This document shows positions 1 to 10,232 of a stretch of DNA of 64,000 bases, piece by piece. Source of the DNA: an uncultured Actinomycetes bacterium (GTDB lineage: Bacteria > Actinomycetota > Actinomycetes > Streptosporangiales > Streptosporangiaceae); the NCBI GenBank assembly GCA_963832095.1, contig CAWHSW010000009.1, forward strand, positions 14,994 to 78,993, given 5' to 3'. The translations under genes and the position numbers were made by a program. The notes under the pieces are model-generated. The model was not told where the DNA came from, did no database searches, and was given only the letters and a program-made list of their open reading frames with translations. Position 1 is the first letter of the stretch, and each line of letters opens with the position of its first letter.

Positions 1-854
1 GGTTGTGCTGGCAGGCGGCCGCTGGCCCGGCGGCCCAGTTGGATACCTCGTACCAGGTCAGGCCCGCGCTGGAGAGCAGATCATCGGCGCGCAGATAGCG
101 TTCGGCCATGGTGTCGTCGTCTGGTGCGGGCACCTGGCCGCGGCGGATCCGGGCGGCCAGCCGGGTGCCCTCCTCGATGATCAGCGCGTACGCGGAGATG
201 TGGTCCGGGCCGGCCGCCAGCGCGGCCTCGACCGAGGCGCGCCAGTCCGCCTCGGTCTCGCCCGGGGTGCCGTAGATGAGGTCCAGGCTGACGTGCTCGA
301 AGCCGGCCTGCCGGGCCCACCGGGCGCACTGCGCGGGCCGGCCCGGCTGGTGCTCGCGGTCCAGCACGGCCAGCACGTGCGGTGCGGCGCTCTGCATGCC
401 CAGCGAGATGCGGGTGAGGCCGGCCGCGCGCAGCCCGGCCAGCGACCGCTCGTCCACGCTCTCCGGGTTGGCCTCGGTGGTCACCTCGGCCCCGGGGGCC
501 AGGCCGAACTCGCCGTCGATGACCCGGAGCAGCTCGCCGAGCTGGCCCGGGGCCAGCAGCGTGGGGGTGCCGCCGCCGAAGAACACGGTGCGCACCGGCG
601 GGCACTGCGTCCCCCAGCACCTGCCGGGCCAGCCGGAGCTCGGCCGTGGCCAGGCCGGGATAGCTGTCCCGGGACGCCCCGCCGCCCAGCTCGGCGGCGG
701 TGTAGGTGTTGAAGTCGCAGTACCCGCAGCGGGTGCGGCAGAACGGCACGTGCACATAGATGCCGAAGGCCGGCCCGGCCAGGCCGGCCAGCGCGCTGTC
801 CGGCAGCCGTCCGTCGGCAGGTACCGGCTGGCCAGCCGGCAGCGCCCCGGGCAT
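1..854 (-). CDS. hemW: HemW/HemN-family radical SAM protein (heme chaperone / coproporphyrinogen III oxidase-like). The C-terminus lies beyond the left edge and the frame is broken at ~600-602.
   Basis: ATG at 854. The N-terminal motif YVHVPFCRTRCGYCDFNTY (radical SAM CxxxCxxC) is in the frame of ORF 81..1301. The conserved continuation RTVFFGGGTPTLL...EANPESVDERSLAGLRAAGLTRISLGMQS...LIYGTPGETEADW...WYEVSNW reads in another minus-strand frame from ~600 to position 1. Removing one G of GGG 600-602 gives ...GDAVPPVRTVFFGGG. Confidence 0.85.
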
Positions 855-856
855 GG

Positions 857-1516
857 TCAGCCTGCCTGCCTGCCGAAAACCTCGGCCGCCACGTCGTCCC
901 ACTTCGGGTCGCGGTCCGGGACGGCGACCAGACGGCGCATCAGGTCGGTGTCGCCGTAGAAGGCCCGCATCGCCTCGGCCACGGTCACGCTGGCCGCGGG
1001 CCGGTGCAGCACCTCGACCGGGTCGCCGGCCGCGGCGGTGCCCTCGGTGAGCACTTTGAGGTAGGCGCCGGGGCGGCCGGCCGCGGCGAACCGCCGGACC
1101 CAGCCGCGCTGGGCCGCGTACTGCTCGCCCATCCAGGCCGCGAACACGCCACACGGGATGCGCACCGAGCGGACCTGGAGGACGGCCGTGCCAGCCCGCC
1201 AGGTCTCGCCGAGCAGCGCGCCGGACACGTCCAGCCCGGCCGTGGTCAGGTTCTCGCCAAACGTGCCGTTGGGCAGCTCCAGGCCGAGCTGCTCCACCCA
1301 CCAGTCCAGGTCTTCCCGGGCGTAGGCGTACACGGCCTGCTCCACGCCGCCGTGGTACTTGGTGTCCGCCTGCTCATCGCCCTGCACGCCGAGGCGGCCG
1401 ATGGCCAGCCGCCCGGCGGCGGGCCGCTTGTCGATCGCGCTGCGCTGGGTCCGGCCCGCCCAGCCCACAGCCTGGGCGCGGCCGGTGTTCACCGAGATGA
1501 CCAGTGCGTTCGCCAC
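857..1516 (-). CDS. MOSC domain-containing protein
   Basis: 219-aa ORF with good GC3 and MOSC-like sequence (KYHGGVEQAVYAY, GTFGENLTT, IPCGVF). Its stop lies 2 nt before the hemW ATG. Confidence 0.75.
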   Translation of the reverse strand: MANALVISVNTGRAQAVGWAGRTQRSAIDKRPAAGRLAIGRLGVQGDEQADTKYHGGVEQAVYAYAREDLDWWVEQLGLELPNGTFGENLTTAGLDVSGALLGETWRAGTAVLQVRSVRIPCGVFAAWMGEQYAAQRGWVRRFAAAGRPGAYLKVLTEGTAAAGDPVEVLHRPAASVTVAEAMRAFYGDTDLMRRLVAVPDRDPKWDDVAAEVFGRQAG

Positions 1517-1614
1517 CCCTGCACGCTAATGGACGTGCCGCACCGGGTCGAACGAATTGGCGGGGGCGAAAGCACGGCTATCCTGGCCAAAGGGTGCGCG
1601 ACGGGGAGGCTGCG

Positions 1615-2115
1615 ATGACGATGGGGCCGGGGTACGGGCTGGCGGCCGGCGGGCAGGGCGGCATGCGCGCCTCCGACGCGGACCGGGAGCGGGCCGCCGA
1701 GGTGCTCCGGACCGGGTTCGCCGAGGGCAGGCTGGACAAGGACGAGTACGACGCCCTGCTCGGCCAGGTGTACACGGCTAAGACGTACGGCGAGCTGGCC
1801 ACGCTGACCAGCCAGCTGCCGGGCGGCGGCAGCATGCTCTACGCGGCGACCGCCCCGGCACCGGCCCGCTACGCCCCGCCTGCGGAACGGACCAACCGAC
1901 TGGCCGTGGCGTCGCTGGTCTGCGCCCTCGCGGTGTTCGTCATCCCGCTGCCAACCTCAATCCTGGCCATCGTGTTCGGCCACATCGCGCGCGGCCAGAT
2001 CAGGCGGACCGGGGAGAAGGGCGACGGGCTGGCCCGGGCCGGGCTGGTGCTGGGCTGGGCGGAAGTCGTGCTGGTCGTGGTGGCCCTGGTGGCGTTCACC
2101 ATGCTGCGCGGGTGA
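1615..2115 (+). CDS. DUF1707 (N-terminal) / DUF4190 (C-terminal membrane) protein
   Basis: ATG 1615 is preceded by GGGGAGG. The sequence has RASDADRERAAEVLRTGFAEGRLDKDEYDALL (DUF1707 signature) and a C-terminal hydrophobic IFGHIARGQIRRTGEKG segment. Confidence 0.8.
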   Translation: MTMGPGYGLAAGGQGGMRASDADRERAAEVLRTGFAEGRLDKDEYDALLGQVYTAKTYGELATLTSQLPGGGSMLYAATAPAPARYAPPAERTNRLAVASLVCALAVFVIPLPTSILAIVFGHIARGQIRRTGEKGDGLARAGLVLGWAEVVLVVVALVAFTMLRG

Positions 2116-2172
2116 CCGTTCGCCGCGGTCCACGGGTACCGTGAAAGCTGGGCACGCCGGCGGGAGGCTTCC

Positions 2173-2712
2173 ATGACGTACTACCCGGGACCTGGATACC
2201 GGATGGCGGCCGCGGCGCGCGGCGACCTGCGGGCGTCCGACCAGGACCGGGAACGCGCGGCCGAGGTGCTCAAGACCGGCTACGCCGAGGGCCGGGTCAG
2301 CAAGGACGAGTACGACGAGTATCTGAACCAGATCTACGCGGCCCGCACGGTTGGCGACCTGGCCACGCTGACCAGTCAGCTGCCCGGCGGCGGCGCGGCC
2401 CTGCTGCCGGTGCCGGCCGGCCCGCCGAAGACCAACTCGATGGCCGTGGGCGCGATGATCTGTGGCTTCGCCGAGTTCTTCACGTTCGGGCTGACCTCCA
2501 TCCCGGCGGTCATCCTCGGCCACGTCGCCCGCGGCCAGATCCGGCAGACCGGGGAGACCGGCTCGGGGATGGCCATGACCGGGCTGGTCCTGGGCTGGCT
2601 GGCCATTGGCCTGTGGGTGCTGTTCTGGGCCGGGGTGCTGGTGGCCGGGGTAGCCCTGGGGCACGGCACCGTACACACCGTGCACATCGGCCCGGGCGGC
2701 CAGCCCGGCTGA
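2173..2712 (+). CDS. DUF1707 / DUF4190 protein, tandem paralog of 1615..2115
   Basis: RASDQDRERAAEVLKTGYAEGRVSKDEYDEYL and ILGHVARGQIRQTGETG; same architecture as the upstream gene. Confidence 0.8.
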   Translation: MTYYPGPGYRMAAAARGDLRASDQDRERAAEVLKTGYAEGRVSKDEYDEYLNQIYAARTVGDLATLTSQLPGGGAALLPVPAGPPKTNSMAVGAMICGFAEFFTFGLTSIPAVILGHVARGQIRQTGETGSGMAMTGLVLGWLAIGLWVLFWAGVLVAGVALGHGTVHTVHIGPGGQPG

Positions 2713-2737
2713 CCGGGCGCGCTGCGACTCCGGCCGG

Positions 2738-4696
2738 TTAGCGCGGCCGGTCGGGCTGGGTGGACAGCGCGGCCACGAAGGCTTCCTGCGGGACCTCGAC
2801 CCGGCCGATGGTCTTCATCCGCTTCTTGCCTTCCTTCTGCCGCTCCAGCAGCTTGCGCTTCCGGGTGATGTCACCGCCGTAACACTTGGCCAGCACGTCC
2901 TTGCGCAGCGCGCGGATGTTCTCCCGGGCGATGATCTTCGAGCCGATGGCCGCCTGGATCGGCACCTCGAACTGCTGCCGTGGGATCAGCTCGCGCAGCC
3001 GCGACGTCATGGCCAGGCCGTACTCCCGGGCCTTGTCGTCGTGCACGATCTGGCTGAACGCGTCCACCGGCTGGCCCTGCAGCAGGATGTCCACCTTGAC
3101 CAGGTCGGCTTCCTGCTCGCCGTCCGGCTCGTAGTCCAGCGACGCGTAGCCGCGGGTGCGCGACTTGAGCTGGTCGAAGAAGTCGAAGATGATCTCCGCG
3201 AGCGGCATCGTGTAGCGGATCTCGACCCGGTCCGCGGACAGGTACTCCATGCCGAGCAGCACGCCACGGCGGCCCTGGCACAGCTCCATGATGGTGCCGA
3301 TGTACTCGGCCGGGGCCAGGATGGTGGCCCGGACCACCGGCTCGAAGACCTTCGCGATCTTGCCCCCGGAGGGGTGCCCGGACGGGGCAGCGGACCCGGG
3401 GGTGCCGCTCGGGAAGTCGCTGGGGTTGGTGACCCGCAGTTCGGTCCCGGACTCCAGAACCACCCGGTAGACCACGTTGGGCGCGGTGGAGATCAGCGAC
3501 AGGCCGAACTCGCGTTCCAGCCGCTCCCGGACGATCTCCATGTGCAGCAGCCCGAGGAAGCCGCAGCGGAAGCCGAAGCCCAGTGCGGTGGACGTCTCCG
3601 GCTCGTAGACCAGGGCCGCGTCGTTCAGCCGGAGCTTGTCCAGCGCGTCGCGCAGTTCCGGGTAGTCGTCGCCGTCCAGCGGGTAGAGCCCGGAGAACAC
3701 CATCGGCCGCGGGTGGTCATAGCCGGGCAGTGGCCCGGCCGCGGGCCGCGCGGCGCTGGTCACCGTGTCGCCGACGCGGGCCTGCCGGACATCCTTGACC
3801 CCGGTGATCAGGTAGCCGACCTCACCCGCGCCCAGGCTCTCCGACGGCACCGGCTCCGGCGAGATCACCCCCACCTCGAGCGTGTCGTGGGCCGCCCTGG
3901 TGGACATCATCAGGCTCTTCTCGCGCCGGGTCAGCCGGCCGTCCACCACCCGCACGTAGGTGACCACGCCCCGGTAGGTGTCATAGACCGAGTCGAAGAT
4001 CAGTGCCCGGGCCGGCGCGTCCGGGTCGCCGGTGGGCGGCGGCACCTGCCGCACGACGGCGTTGAGCAGGTCCTGCACCCCGTCGCCGGTCTTGGCCGAG
4101 ACGCGGAGCACATCGCCCGGCGCGCAGCCGATGATGCCGGCCAGTTCCTCGGCGTACAGGTCCGGCTGGGCCGCGGGCAGGTCGATCTTGTTCAGCACCG
4201 GGATCAGGTGCAGGTCCGCTTCCAGCGCCAGGTACAGGTTGGCCAGCGTCTGCGCCTCGATACCCTGGGCCGCGTCCACCAGCAGGATGGCGCCCTCACA
4301 GGCGGCCAGCGACCGGGACACCTCGTAGGTGAAGTCAACGTGCCCCGGGGTGTCGATCAGGTTGAGCACGTAGCGGCGGCCGTCCGGGCCGGTCCACGGC
4401 AGCCGGACCGCCTGGCTCTTGATGGTGATCCCGCGTTCCCGCTCGATGTCCATCCGGTCCAGGTACTGGGCCCGCATCTGCCGGTCGGTGACCACGCCGG
4501 TGAACTGCAGCATCCGGTCGGCCAGGGTCGACTTGCCGTGGTCGATGTGCGCGATGATGCAGAAGTTCCGGATTATGCTCAGGTCGGTATGACCGGGGCT
4601 GGTCGCGGGCTGCGCGCCATCCGGGAGGACCTGCTCGGGCACTGCTGGCACAGAAATCCGCCTGGTTCGAATCGGCTTGGTTCTCCATGGTCGCAT
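2738..4696 (-). CDS. lepA: Elongation factor 4 (LepA)
   Basis: [36 protein letters not shown] GTPase motifs and a LepA C-terminal domain. The start is chosen at ATG 4696 (MRPWRT...); the track ORF extends to 4861, so the exact start is uncertain. Confidence 0.9.
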   Translation of the reverse strand: MRPWRTKPIRTRRISVPAVPEQVLPDGAQPATSPGHTDLSIIRNFCIIAHIDHGKSTLADRMLQFTGVVTDRQMRAQYLDRMDIERERGITIKSQAVRLPWTGPDGRRYVLNLIDTPGHVDFTYEVSRSLAACEGAILLVDAAQGIEAQTLANLYLALEADLHLIPVLNKIDLPAAQPDLYAEELAGIIGCAPGDVLRVSAKTGDGVQDLLNAVVRQVPPPTGDPDAPARALIFDSVYDTYRGVVTYVRVVDGRLTRREKSLMMSTRAAHDTLEVGVISPEPVPSESLGAGEVGYLITGVKDVRQARVGDTVTSAARPAAGPLPGYDHPRPMVFSGLYPLDGDDYPELRDALDKLRLNDAALVYEPETSTALGFGFRCGFLGLLHMEIVRERLEREFGLSLISTAPNVVYRVVLESGTELRVTNPSDFPSGTPGSAAPSGHPSGGKIAKVFEPVVRATILAPAEYIGTIMELCQGRRGVLLGMEYLSADRVEIRYTMPLAEIIFDFFDQLKSRTRGYASLDYEPDGEQEADLVKVDILLQGQPVDAFSQIVHDDKAREYGLAMTSRLRELIPRQQFEVPIQAAIGSKIIARENIRALRKDVLAKCYGGDITRKRKLLERQKEGKKRMKTIGRVEVPQEAFVAALSTQPDRPR

Positions 4697-4890
4697 GAGG
4701 CCGCCGATGCCCGGTCCCGCGGCTGCCTCACCCGGCCCTGCTTTAGCCGCGCCAGTTTGGGGCCTTGGCCACGGGTAGGCTATCCTGCTTCGTCGGAGCG
4801 TACGCGCTGCCGCCACCGTGCGGAGGCGCTGCCGGGGCGATCGCGCACCGGCCCCCGGCACCCAGACCAGATCCCGAGCGAGGCTTTCGC

Positions 4891-5157
4891 GTGGCGAACA
4901 TCAAGTCCCAGATCAAGCGCAACCGGCAGAACGAGAAGGCCCGGCTGCGTAACAAGGCGGTCAAGTCCGAGCTGAAGACGTCGGTGCGCAAGTTCCGCGA
5001 GGCGGCCGACACCGGCGACGTGGACGCGGCCACCACCGCGATGCGGGCCGCCTGCCGCAGCCTGGACAAGGCGGCCAGCAAGGGCGTCATCCACAAGAAC
5101 CAGGCCGCCAACCGCAAGTCCGCGATCGCGAAGCGCGCCGCGGAACTCGCTGCCTGA
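4891..5157 (+). CDS. rpsT: 30S ribosomal protein S20
   Basis: GTG 4891; [30 protein letters not shown]... is a typical S20 N-terminus; 88 aa. Confidence 0.9.
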   Translation: MANIKSQIKRNRQNEKARLRNKAVKSELKTSVRKFREAADTGDVDAATTAMRAACRSLDKAASKGVIHKNQAANRKSAIAKRAAELAA

Positions 5158-5191
5158 GGGCTGTCACCCTGCAGTCGTGATCATGACCTGA

Positions 5192-5209
5192 GTGCCGCTA
5201 GGACGGCAC
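5192..5209. terminator. Hairpin GTGCCG-ctagga-CGGCAC between convergent rpsT and holA
   Basis: 6-bp stem seen directly. It is flanked by the direct repeats AGTCGTGATCATGA (5174) and AGTCGTGATCACGA (5212). Confidence 0.4.
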
Positions 5210-5231
5210 CAAAGTCGTGATCACGATGTTT

Positions 5232-6251
5232 TCATGTCCGCTGCCGGGTGCTGGACTGGGCGCGGCTGGCCACTATCTCGCGGATGGCGACTTCCAGCGC
5301 GTAGGCGGCGCTGGTGCCTTCGCCTTTGACCTGGGCGTCGGCTTCGGCTACGGCGGCCAGGGCGCGGGCTACACCTTCCGGGGTCCAGCCGCGGAGCTGC
5401 TGGCGGACCCGGTCCACCTTCCAGGGCGGCGCGCCGACCTCGGCGGCCACGGCGGCGTCGGACTGGCCGCGGGCGGCGCTGCCCACCCGGCCGAGCAGCC
5501 GGACTCCCTGGGCCAGGCCGCTGGTGATCAGGACCGGGGACACCCCGATGGCCAGCGCCCAGCGGAGCATCTCCAGCGCCTCGGCCAGCCGCCCCTCGAC
5601 GGCCCGGTCGGCCACGCTGAACCCGCTGGCCTCGGCCCGGCCCCGGTAGTACCGGGCCACTACGGCCTGGTCGATTACCCCGGTGGTATCCGCGGCCAGC
5701 TGGGAGCTGGCCGCGGCCAGTTCGCGCAGGTCGTTGCCGAGCGCGTCGAGCAGGGCACGCACCCCGCTGTCCTCGACGGTCCGGCCGGCCGTGCGGAACT
5801 CGCCGCGGACGAACTGCATCCGCTCCCCCATCCGGGTGATCTTCGGGCAGTCCACCGTGGGCACCCGCTGTTTGCCCAGCGCGGCCAGCAGCGCCTTGCC
5901 CTTGGCCCCGCCCGCGTGGGTCAGCACCACTACCGTGTCCGGCGGCGGGTCGGCCGCGATGGCGGTGATCTCGTCGGCGACCGCCTTGACCGCGTCCTCG
6001 GTGCCGTGCAGCACCAGCACGCACCCGTCGCCGAACAGGGACGGCGCGGCCAGCATGGCCAGCTCGCCGGGCCGCAGCTCGGCGGCCCGCACGTGGCGCA
6101 CGTTGTCGGCCGGGCCCGCGGCGGCGACTAGGCGCGCCACGGCCCGCTCGGCCAGCAGTTCCTCCTCCCCCACGACCAGGGTCACCGGCCCAGCTGGGGT
6201 GGCCTGGGCGGTGGAACCAGCACGGGAGGCACGGGGCGTGGCTGAGGGCAT
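5232..6251 (-). CDS. holA: DNA polymerase III subunit delta
   Basis: 339-aa ORF: LVVGEEELLAERAV..., APSLFGD..., AQVKGEGTSAAYALE; holA-like, in the conserved position next to rpsT. Confidence 0.8.
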   Translation of the reverse strand: MPSATPRASRAGSTAQATPAGPVTLVVGEEELLAERAVARLVAAAGPADNVRHVRAAELRPGELAMLAAPSLFGDGCVLVLHGTEDAVKAVADEITAIAADPPPDTVVVLTHAGGAKGKALLAALGKQRVPTVDCPKITRMGERMQFVRGEFRTAGRTVEDSGVRALLDALGNDLRELAAASSQLAADTTGVIDQAVVARYYRGRAEASGFSVADRAVEGRLAEALEMLRWALAIGVSPVLITSGLAQGVRLLGRVGSAARGQSDAAVAAEVGAPPWKVDRVRQQLRGWTPEGVARALAAVAEADAQVKGEGTSAAYALEVAIREIVASRAQSSTRQRT

Positions 6252-6302
6252 AGCGGCAGCATGCCACGACGGGCCGGGTGGTTGTGCCGCGGCCGGCTCG
6301 TC

Positions 6303-7067
6303 TTACTGTGTCGCGGTGACGATGCAGCGGTGCAGCTCGGCCACGGCCGCCGGGTCACCCTGCACGGTCACCCGGCTCGGTGCGCCTGGGGTCTCCCGGT
6401 TCCACACCCAGCGCAGCACGTCCTGGGGCGGGCCGGTCACGGTCACGTCGGCCGCGCCGTCGCCGGCCCCGTCCGTCACGTCGAACCGGCCGGGGCTGGT
6501 GCGCACCTGCCAGGCCGCGCCGTCGGCGCGCACCACGTATGTGCGGCCCGGCGAGCTGCCCAGCGCGTCGGTGAAGTAGTCGCCCCACTCGGCCACGCTG
6601 AACGCCACGAACACTGTGAGCAGCTCGTCGATGCCGTCGATGGCGAGGTCGTCCGGCACCGGGCTGACCGGCTGCCCGGCACCCAGCTCGGCGTCGATGC
6701 GGTGGATGACGGTCTCCTGGGCCATCCGCCGGATCCAGAAGCCGACGGTCTGGTCCGGGGTGTACCAGGAGCCGGCCGGATCCTCCGGCCGCCGGGCGGC
6801 GAACTCGGCGCGCAGCCCGGCGTAGCTGCGGTCGAGCAGCGCGACCGGCTCCTCGCCGGCCAGTCCCTCTGGCGGGAACGTCTCGGGCTCGGCGCCGTCC
6901 CGCATGGCCAGGGTCTTGTGCAGGTAGACCTCGCCGACATGGCGGGTCAGGTCGGCCACGGTCCAGCCGGGGCAAGTCGGCACCGGCGCGGTCAGGCTGC
7001 CCGGCACGACGGCCCGCAGGCGGGTGAAGTCGGCGGCGAGGCAGTCGAGGTAGCGGGCATTGTCCAT
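6303..7067 (-). CDS. Maleylpyruvate isomerase-family mycothiol-dependent enzyme (DinB/MDMPI_N fold)
   Basis: N-terminal CPGWTVADLTRHVGEVY and IHRIDAELG motifs typical of the MDMPI N-terminal domain family. Confidence 0.7.
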   Translation of the reverse strand: MDNARYLDCLAADFTRLRAVVPGSLTAPVPTCPGWTVADLTRHVGEVYLHKTLAMRDGAEPETFPPEGLAGEEPVALLDRSYAGLRAEFAARRPEDPAGSWYTPDQTVGFWIRRMAQETVIHRIDAELGAGQPVSPVPDDLAIDGIDELLTVFVAFSVAEWGDYFTDALGSSPGRTYVVRADGAAWQVRTSPGRFDVTDGAGDGAADVTVTGPPQDVLRWVWNRETPGAPSRVTVQGDPAAVAELHRCIVTATQ

Positions 7068-7142
7068 ACCGGCCAGTTCAGCACATGCCCCGGACAGCCC
7101 GGCCGGGACGTGCCTGGCGGCCGCCCGGGCCCGGGTGCGGCG

Positions 7143-8357
7143 CTAGCTCAGCGCCACCGGCTCGCCGCCGAGCCACACCCGGCTCGGCTTGAGGCCATAG
7201 GACCAGGCGAACGCGCCTTCGTGGTCGGCGTCCCAGAGCACGATGTCGGCGAACCGGCCGCGGACCATGCCACCCCGGTCCGGCGCGCGCAGCGCCTGGG
7301 CACCGCCCAGCGTGGCGGCGCGCAGCGCCTCGGCCACGCTCAGCCCGAACTGGGACACGGCCAGCGCGACCACCAGCGGCATGGAGGTGATCCCGGTGCC
7401 GCCCGGAGTGTGGTCGGAGCCCAGCGCGACCGGCACGCCCTTGTCCAGCAGCGCCCGGACCGGCGGGTTCTTGCCCAGCCGCAGCGCGGTCCCGGGGCAG
7501 ACCACCGCGGCCACACCCGCCCGGGCAAGCGCGGCCACGTCCTCGTCACCCGCCTGGTGCAGCACGTCCGCGGAGGCACAGCCGAGTTCGGCGGCCAGCC
7601 TCGCCGCACCGGTCCGGGTCTCACCGCAGGCGTGCACCCGGGGCAGCAGCCCGGCAGCCCGGCCTGCGCTGAGGATCCAGCGCGCCTCCCGCTCGGTGAA
7701 CCGGCCCTCCTCGCAGTACACGTCCACGCTGTCCGCGCCGACCGCGGCCGCGTCCGAGCACCAGGTGCCGACCGCGTCGATGTAGTCATGGCGGCGGCCG
7801 AAGTACTCCGGCGGCACCGCGTGCGCGGCCAGGAACGTGACGTGCACCCGCGGCATGCCCGGCTCACCCTCCAGCGAGCGCAGCATGCGCACGTCGGCCA
7901 GTTCGCCGTCGCGGGTCAGGTGGTAGCCGGTCTTGGCCTCGATCGTGGTGGTGCCGGACCGCAGCCACTCACGCAGCCGGGCCCGCACCCCGTTGCACAG
8001 GGTCCAGGGATCGGTGCCCCGGGTCACCGTGACGGTGGACGCCATCCCGCCACCGGCCGCGGCGATCTCGGTGGGCGACGCGCCGCCGGCCTCCATGGCC
8101 AGTTCGGCCCAGCGGTTCCCGGCGTAGACCGGATGGGTGTGCGCGTCGATGAGGCCCGGCGTGACCAGGCCGCCGCCCAGATTCTCCACCGAGTCGACGT
8201 CGACGATGTCCTCGACCACGCCGGGCAGGCTGGCGGGCAGCTCTGAGGCCCGGCCGACCCACGCGATCCGGTCGTTGTGGGTGAGGATGGCCGCGTTGCT
8301 CCAGATCTCGGACCCGGTCCAGAGACGGCCAATGTTAGTCAGCAGGCGTACGGTCAC
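7143..8357 (-). CDS. Imidazolonepropionase-like amidohydrolase
   Basis: GLIDAHTHPVY metal-binding motif, then TTIEAKTGY, HACGE and LGSDH. The track ORF runs to 8477, but codons 8358-8477 have poor GC3, so GTG 8357 (VTVRLLTNIGRLW) is preferred. Confidence 0.8.
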   Translation of the reverse strand: MTVRLLTNIGRLWTGSEIWSNAAILTHNDRIAWVGRASELPASLPGVVEDIVDVDSVENLGGGLVTPGLIDAHTHPVYAGNRWAELAMEAGGASPTEIAAAGGGMASTVTVTRGTDPWTLCNGVRARLREWLRSGTTTIEAKTGYHLTRDGELADVRMLRSLEGEPGMPRVHVTFLAAHAVPPEYFGRRHDYIDAVGTWCSDAAAVGADSVDVYCEEGRFTEREARWILSAGRAAGLLPRVHACGETRTGAARLAAELGCASADVLHQAGDEDVAALARAGVAAVVCPGTALRLGKNPPVRALLDKGVPVALGSDHTPGGTGITSMPLVVALAVSQFGLSVAEALRAATLGGAQALRAPDRGGMVRGRFADIVLWDADHEGAFAWSYGLKPSRVWLGGEPVALS

Positions 8358-8600
8358 CGGCGCGCCCCCCGTGACGCGTTCCTGGCCAGCATCAATGCTC
8401 CGATCGTGGCGATCGCCGCCGTGGGCAGGCAGAAGGGTGCGTGCATGATGGGGCGTACCTGCGTCATCCGCGGTCACCTGCCATAGCTCGTCCCTACTGG
8501 CCCCCCCGCCAGGGCCCGGTCAAGCGGGCCGCACGGCGGCCGACAGCTGGTGCTGTACGGATGCGGCAACCAACATATCGGTTCAGTTACGGTATTGCAC

Positions 8601-8615
8601 TACAGGGTCCCTGTA
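8601..8615. promoter_or_regulatory. Perfect palindrome TACAGGG-T-CCCTGTA (candidate operator); an identical copy lies at 9417..9431
   Basis: Seen directly. In unit 1 it overlaps a minus-strand promoter-like pair: TGTACA at 8612-8617, a 17-nt spacer, then TACCGT at 8589-8594. Confidence 0.35.
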
Positions 8616-9416
8616 CAGGCACTATCACAAAGAAGTCAGACCAGAAATTAACAGCCTTTCCCGAATCTCACCGTGCGTGGCGGTCTGAGTTGCCCTGACT
8701 TCCGTACGTGTCGGTAACTTCCGTTGACGTAGTACGTTCGGAAACCGGCCGGCCAGGCCCCCGCGAGCCCGGGGTGGCCGCGCCGCCGGGCCACCCCCGG
8801 CGGGGGCCGGCCGCCCCGGGCACGAGCCCATTGGACACCCGCCAGCCGCCTGCCCGGCTGCCGGTCGTCCGCTCGTTCAGCGCTGTTCGCGTGCTGTTCA
8901 GCGCCGGTACGGCCGGGGGACGGGCGCGGGCCGGCCGGGTCTGGCGGCCCGCGCTCAGTGGCCCAGCGGCGGCCCGGCCGGCCGCCCCGGCGGCGGCTCC
9001 GGCGGCGCCATCCGGCGCCGCCGGCGGCGGTCCCGCGCGGCCGTCCCGTGCCGCTTCATGCGGCCCGTCCCGGGACCAGGCGCCGGCCGGCCTGGACCGG
9101 GCCAGGACCAGCGGCCGGGCCGCCCGCTCGACCGCTCACCAGGGAAAATGCCGCGCAGCCGGGCTAGTGCCGCACAGCCGCGCAAAACATGTCAGGCTAG
9201 ATACCACGGCGGACAATGCAAACCATTGCATTTACCGCTTACGGCACCGTTCGCTTTACCGGATAAGGCTGTGCAAATTGCAGCGCTTCGATATCCAGCG
9301 CAACGCGCCGGGCAACCGCGGGCTCGGTTCGCCGGTTAGTGATGAACCTGATATGGTGCCGCCGCTTGGCAACAGCAGACGATTGATCATCGAGACGGCG
9401 AGCAGGCGGGGCACTC
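8601..9416. repeat. Tandem duplication unit 1 (~816 bp), apparently non-coding
   Basis: Aligns head-to-tail with 9417..10232. It starts with the 15-bp palindrome TACAGGGTCCCTGTA. The first ~160 nt differ from unit 2 at only 7 positions by eye; the G+C-rich core has many indels. Confidence 0.9.
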
Positions 9417-10232
9417 CTACAGGGTCCCTGTACAGGCACTATCACAAAGAAGTCAGACCAGAAATTAACAGCCTTTCCCGGATCTCACCGTGCGTGGCGG
9501 TCTGAGTTGCCCTGACTCCTGTACGTGTCGGTAACTTCTGCTGACGTAGTACCTTCGGAAACCGGCCGGCGAGGCCACCGCCAGCCCGGGTGGCCGCGCC
9601 GCCGGAGCCACCCCACGGCGGGGGCCGGCCGCACCGGGCACGAGCCCCATTGGACACCCGACAGCCAGCCAGCCGGCCGCCCGTCGGCCACTCGTTCAGC
9701 GCCGTTCACGTGCTGTTCAGCGCGGGTGCGGCCGGGGAACGGGCGCGGGCCGGCCGGGGCTGGCGGCCGGGCACAGCCGCTCAGTGGCAGCCCGGCCGGC
9801 CGCCCCGGCGGTGCCTCCCGCGGCGCCATCCGGGGCCGCCGGCGGCGGCCCGCACGGCCGTCACCGGCCGCTCGGTGCGGCCTGTCCCGGGACCAGGCCC
9901 GAACCGGCCTGAACCGGGGCAGAACCACCTGCCGGACCGCCCACCCGGGCGCTCACCAGGGAAAATGCCGTACCGCTTGGCTAGTGCCACGCAGCCGCGT
10001 AAAACATGACGGGCAGATTCCGAAGCAGACAATGCAAACCATTGCATTTAGCCGTCACGGCACCGTTCGCTTTACCGGATAAGCCCCTGCAAATTGCAGC
10101 GCTTCGATATCCAGCGCAACCCACCGGGCCACCGCGGGCTCGCCTCGCTGGCTCGTGATCAACCGGGTGGGGCCGCACAGCCGCTCTGGCCACCGCAGCC
10201 GGCTGATCAGCAAGGCGGGAGCCAGCGGGCAC
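9417..10232. repeat. Tandem duplication unit 2 (~816 bp)
   Basis: Same module order as unit 1. It ends 20 bp before the hflX stop codon (10252). Confidence 0.9.

Noticed and set aside
3041-4975. 644-aa plus-strand ORF. Similar very long ORFs occur at 6261..8246+, 13501..15120-, 14703..16340-, 16292..18712-, 22914..24974-, 25222..27012+, 27627..29318+, 31830..35318-, 45033..47426-, 48160..49809-, 57524..58750+ and 62443..63825+.
   Set aside because: Each lies antisense or out of frame to a gene with clear family motifs. Their translations are Arg/Pro/Gly/His-rich with no recognisable domains, which is the usual shadow-ORF behaviour of ~70% G+C DNA.
8716-8745. TGTCGGTA-acttccgt-TGACGT in both repeat units as a RecA-NDp motif.
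   Set aside because: The hexamer at the required 8-nt spacing is TGACGT, not TAnnnT.
8625-10082. ORFs inside the tandem duplication (8708..9505+, 9525..10082+, 9485..9928-, 8625..8831-, 9442..9657-, 9239..9445-, 9981..10232-).
   Set aside because: Between the two repeat copies the alignments need indels that are not multiples of three, so no long frame is shared. Only short C-terminal stretches are conserved, and these have very low GC3 and no conserved start codon. The translations are low-complexity. I kept the region as non-coding, with the caveat that indel errors could mask a frame.
8601-10232. Possibility that the repeats are a CRISPR array.
   Set aside because: There are two ~816-bp units with no short repeat/spacer periodicity, and no cas genes in the window.
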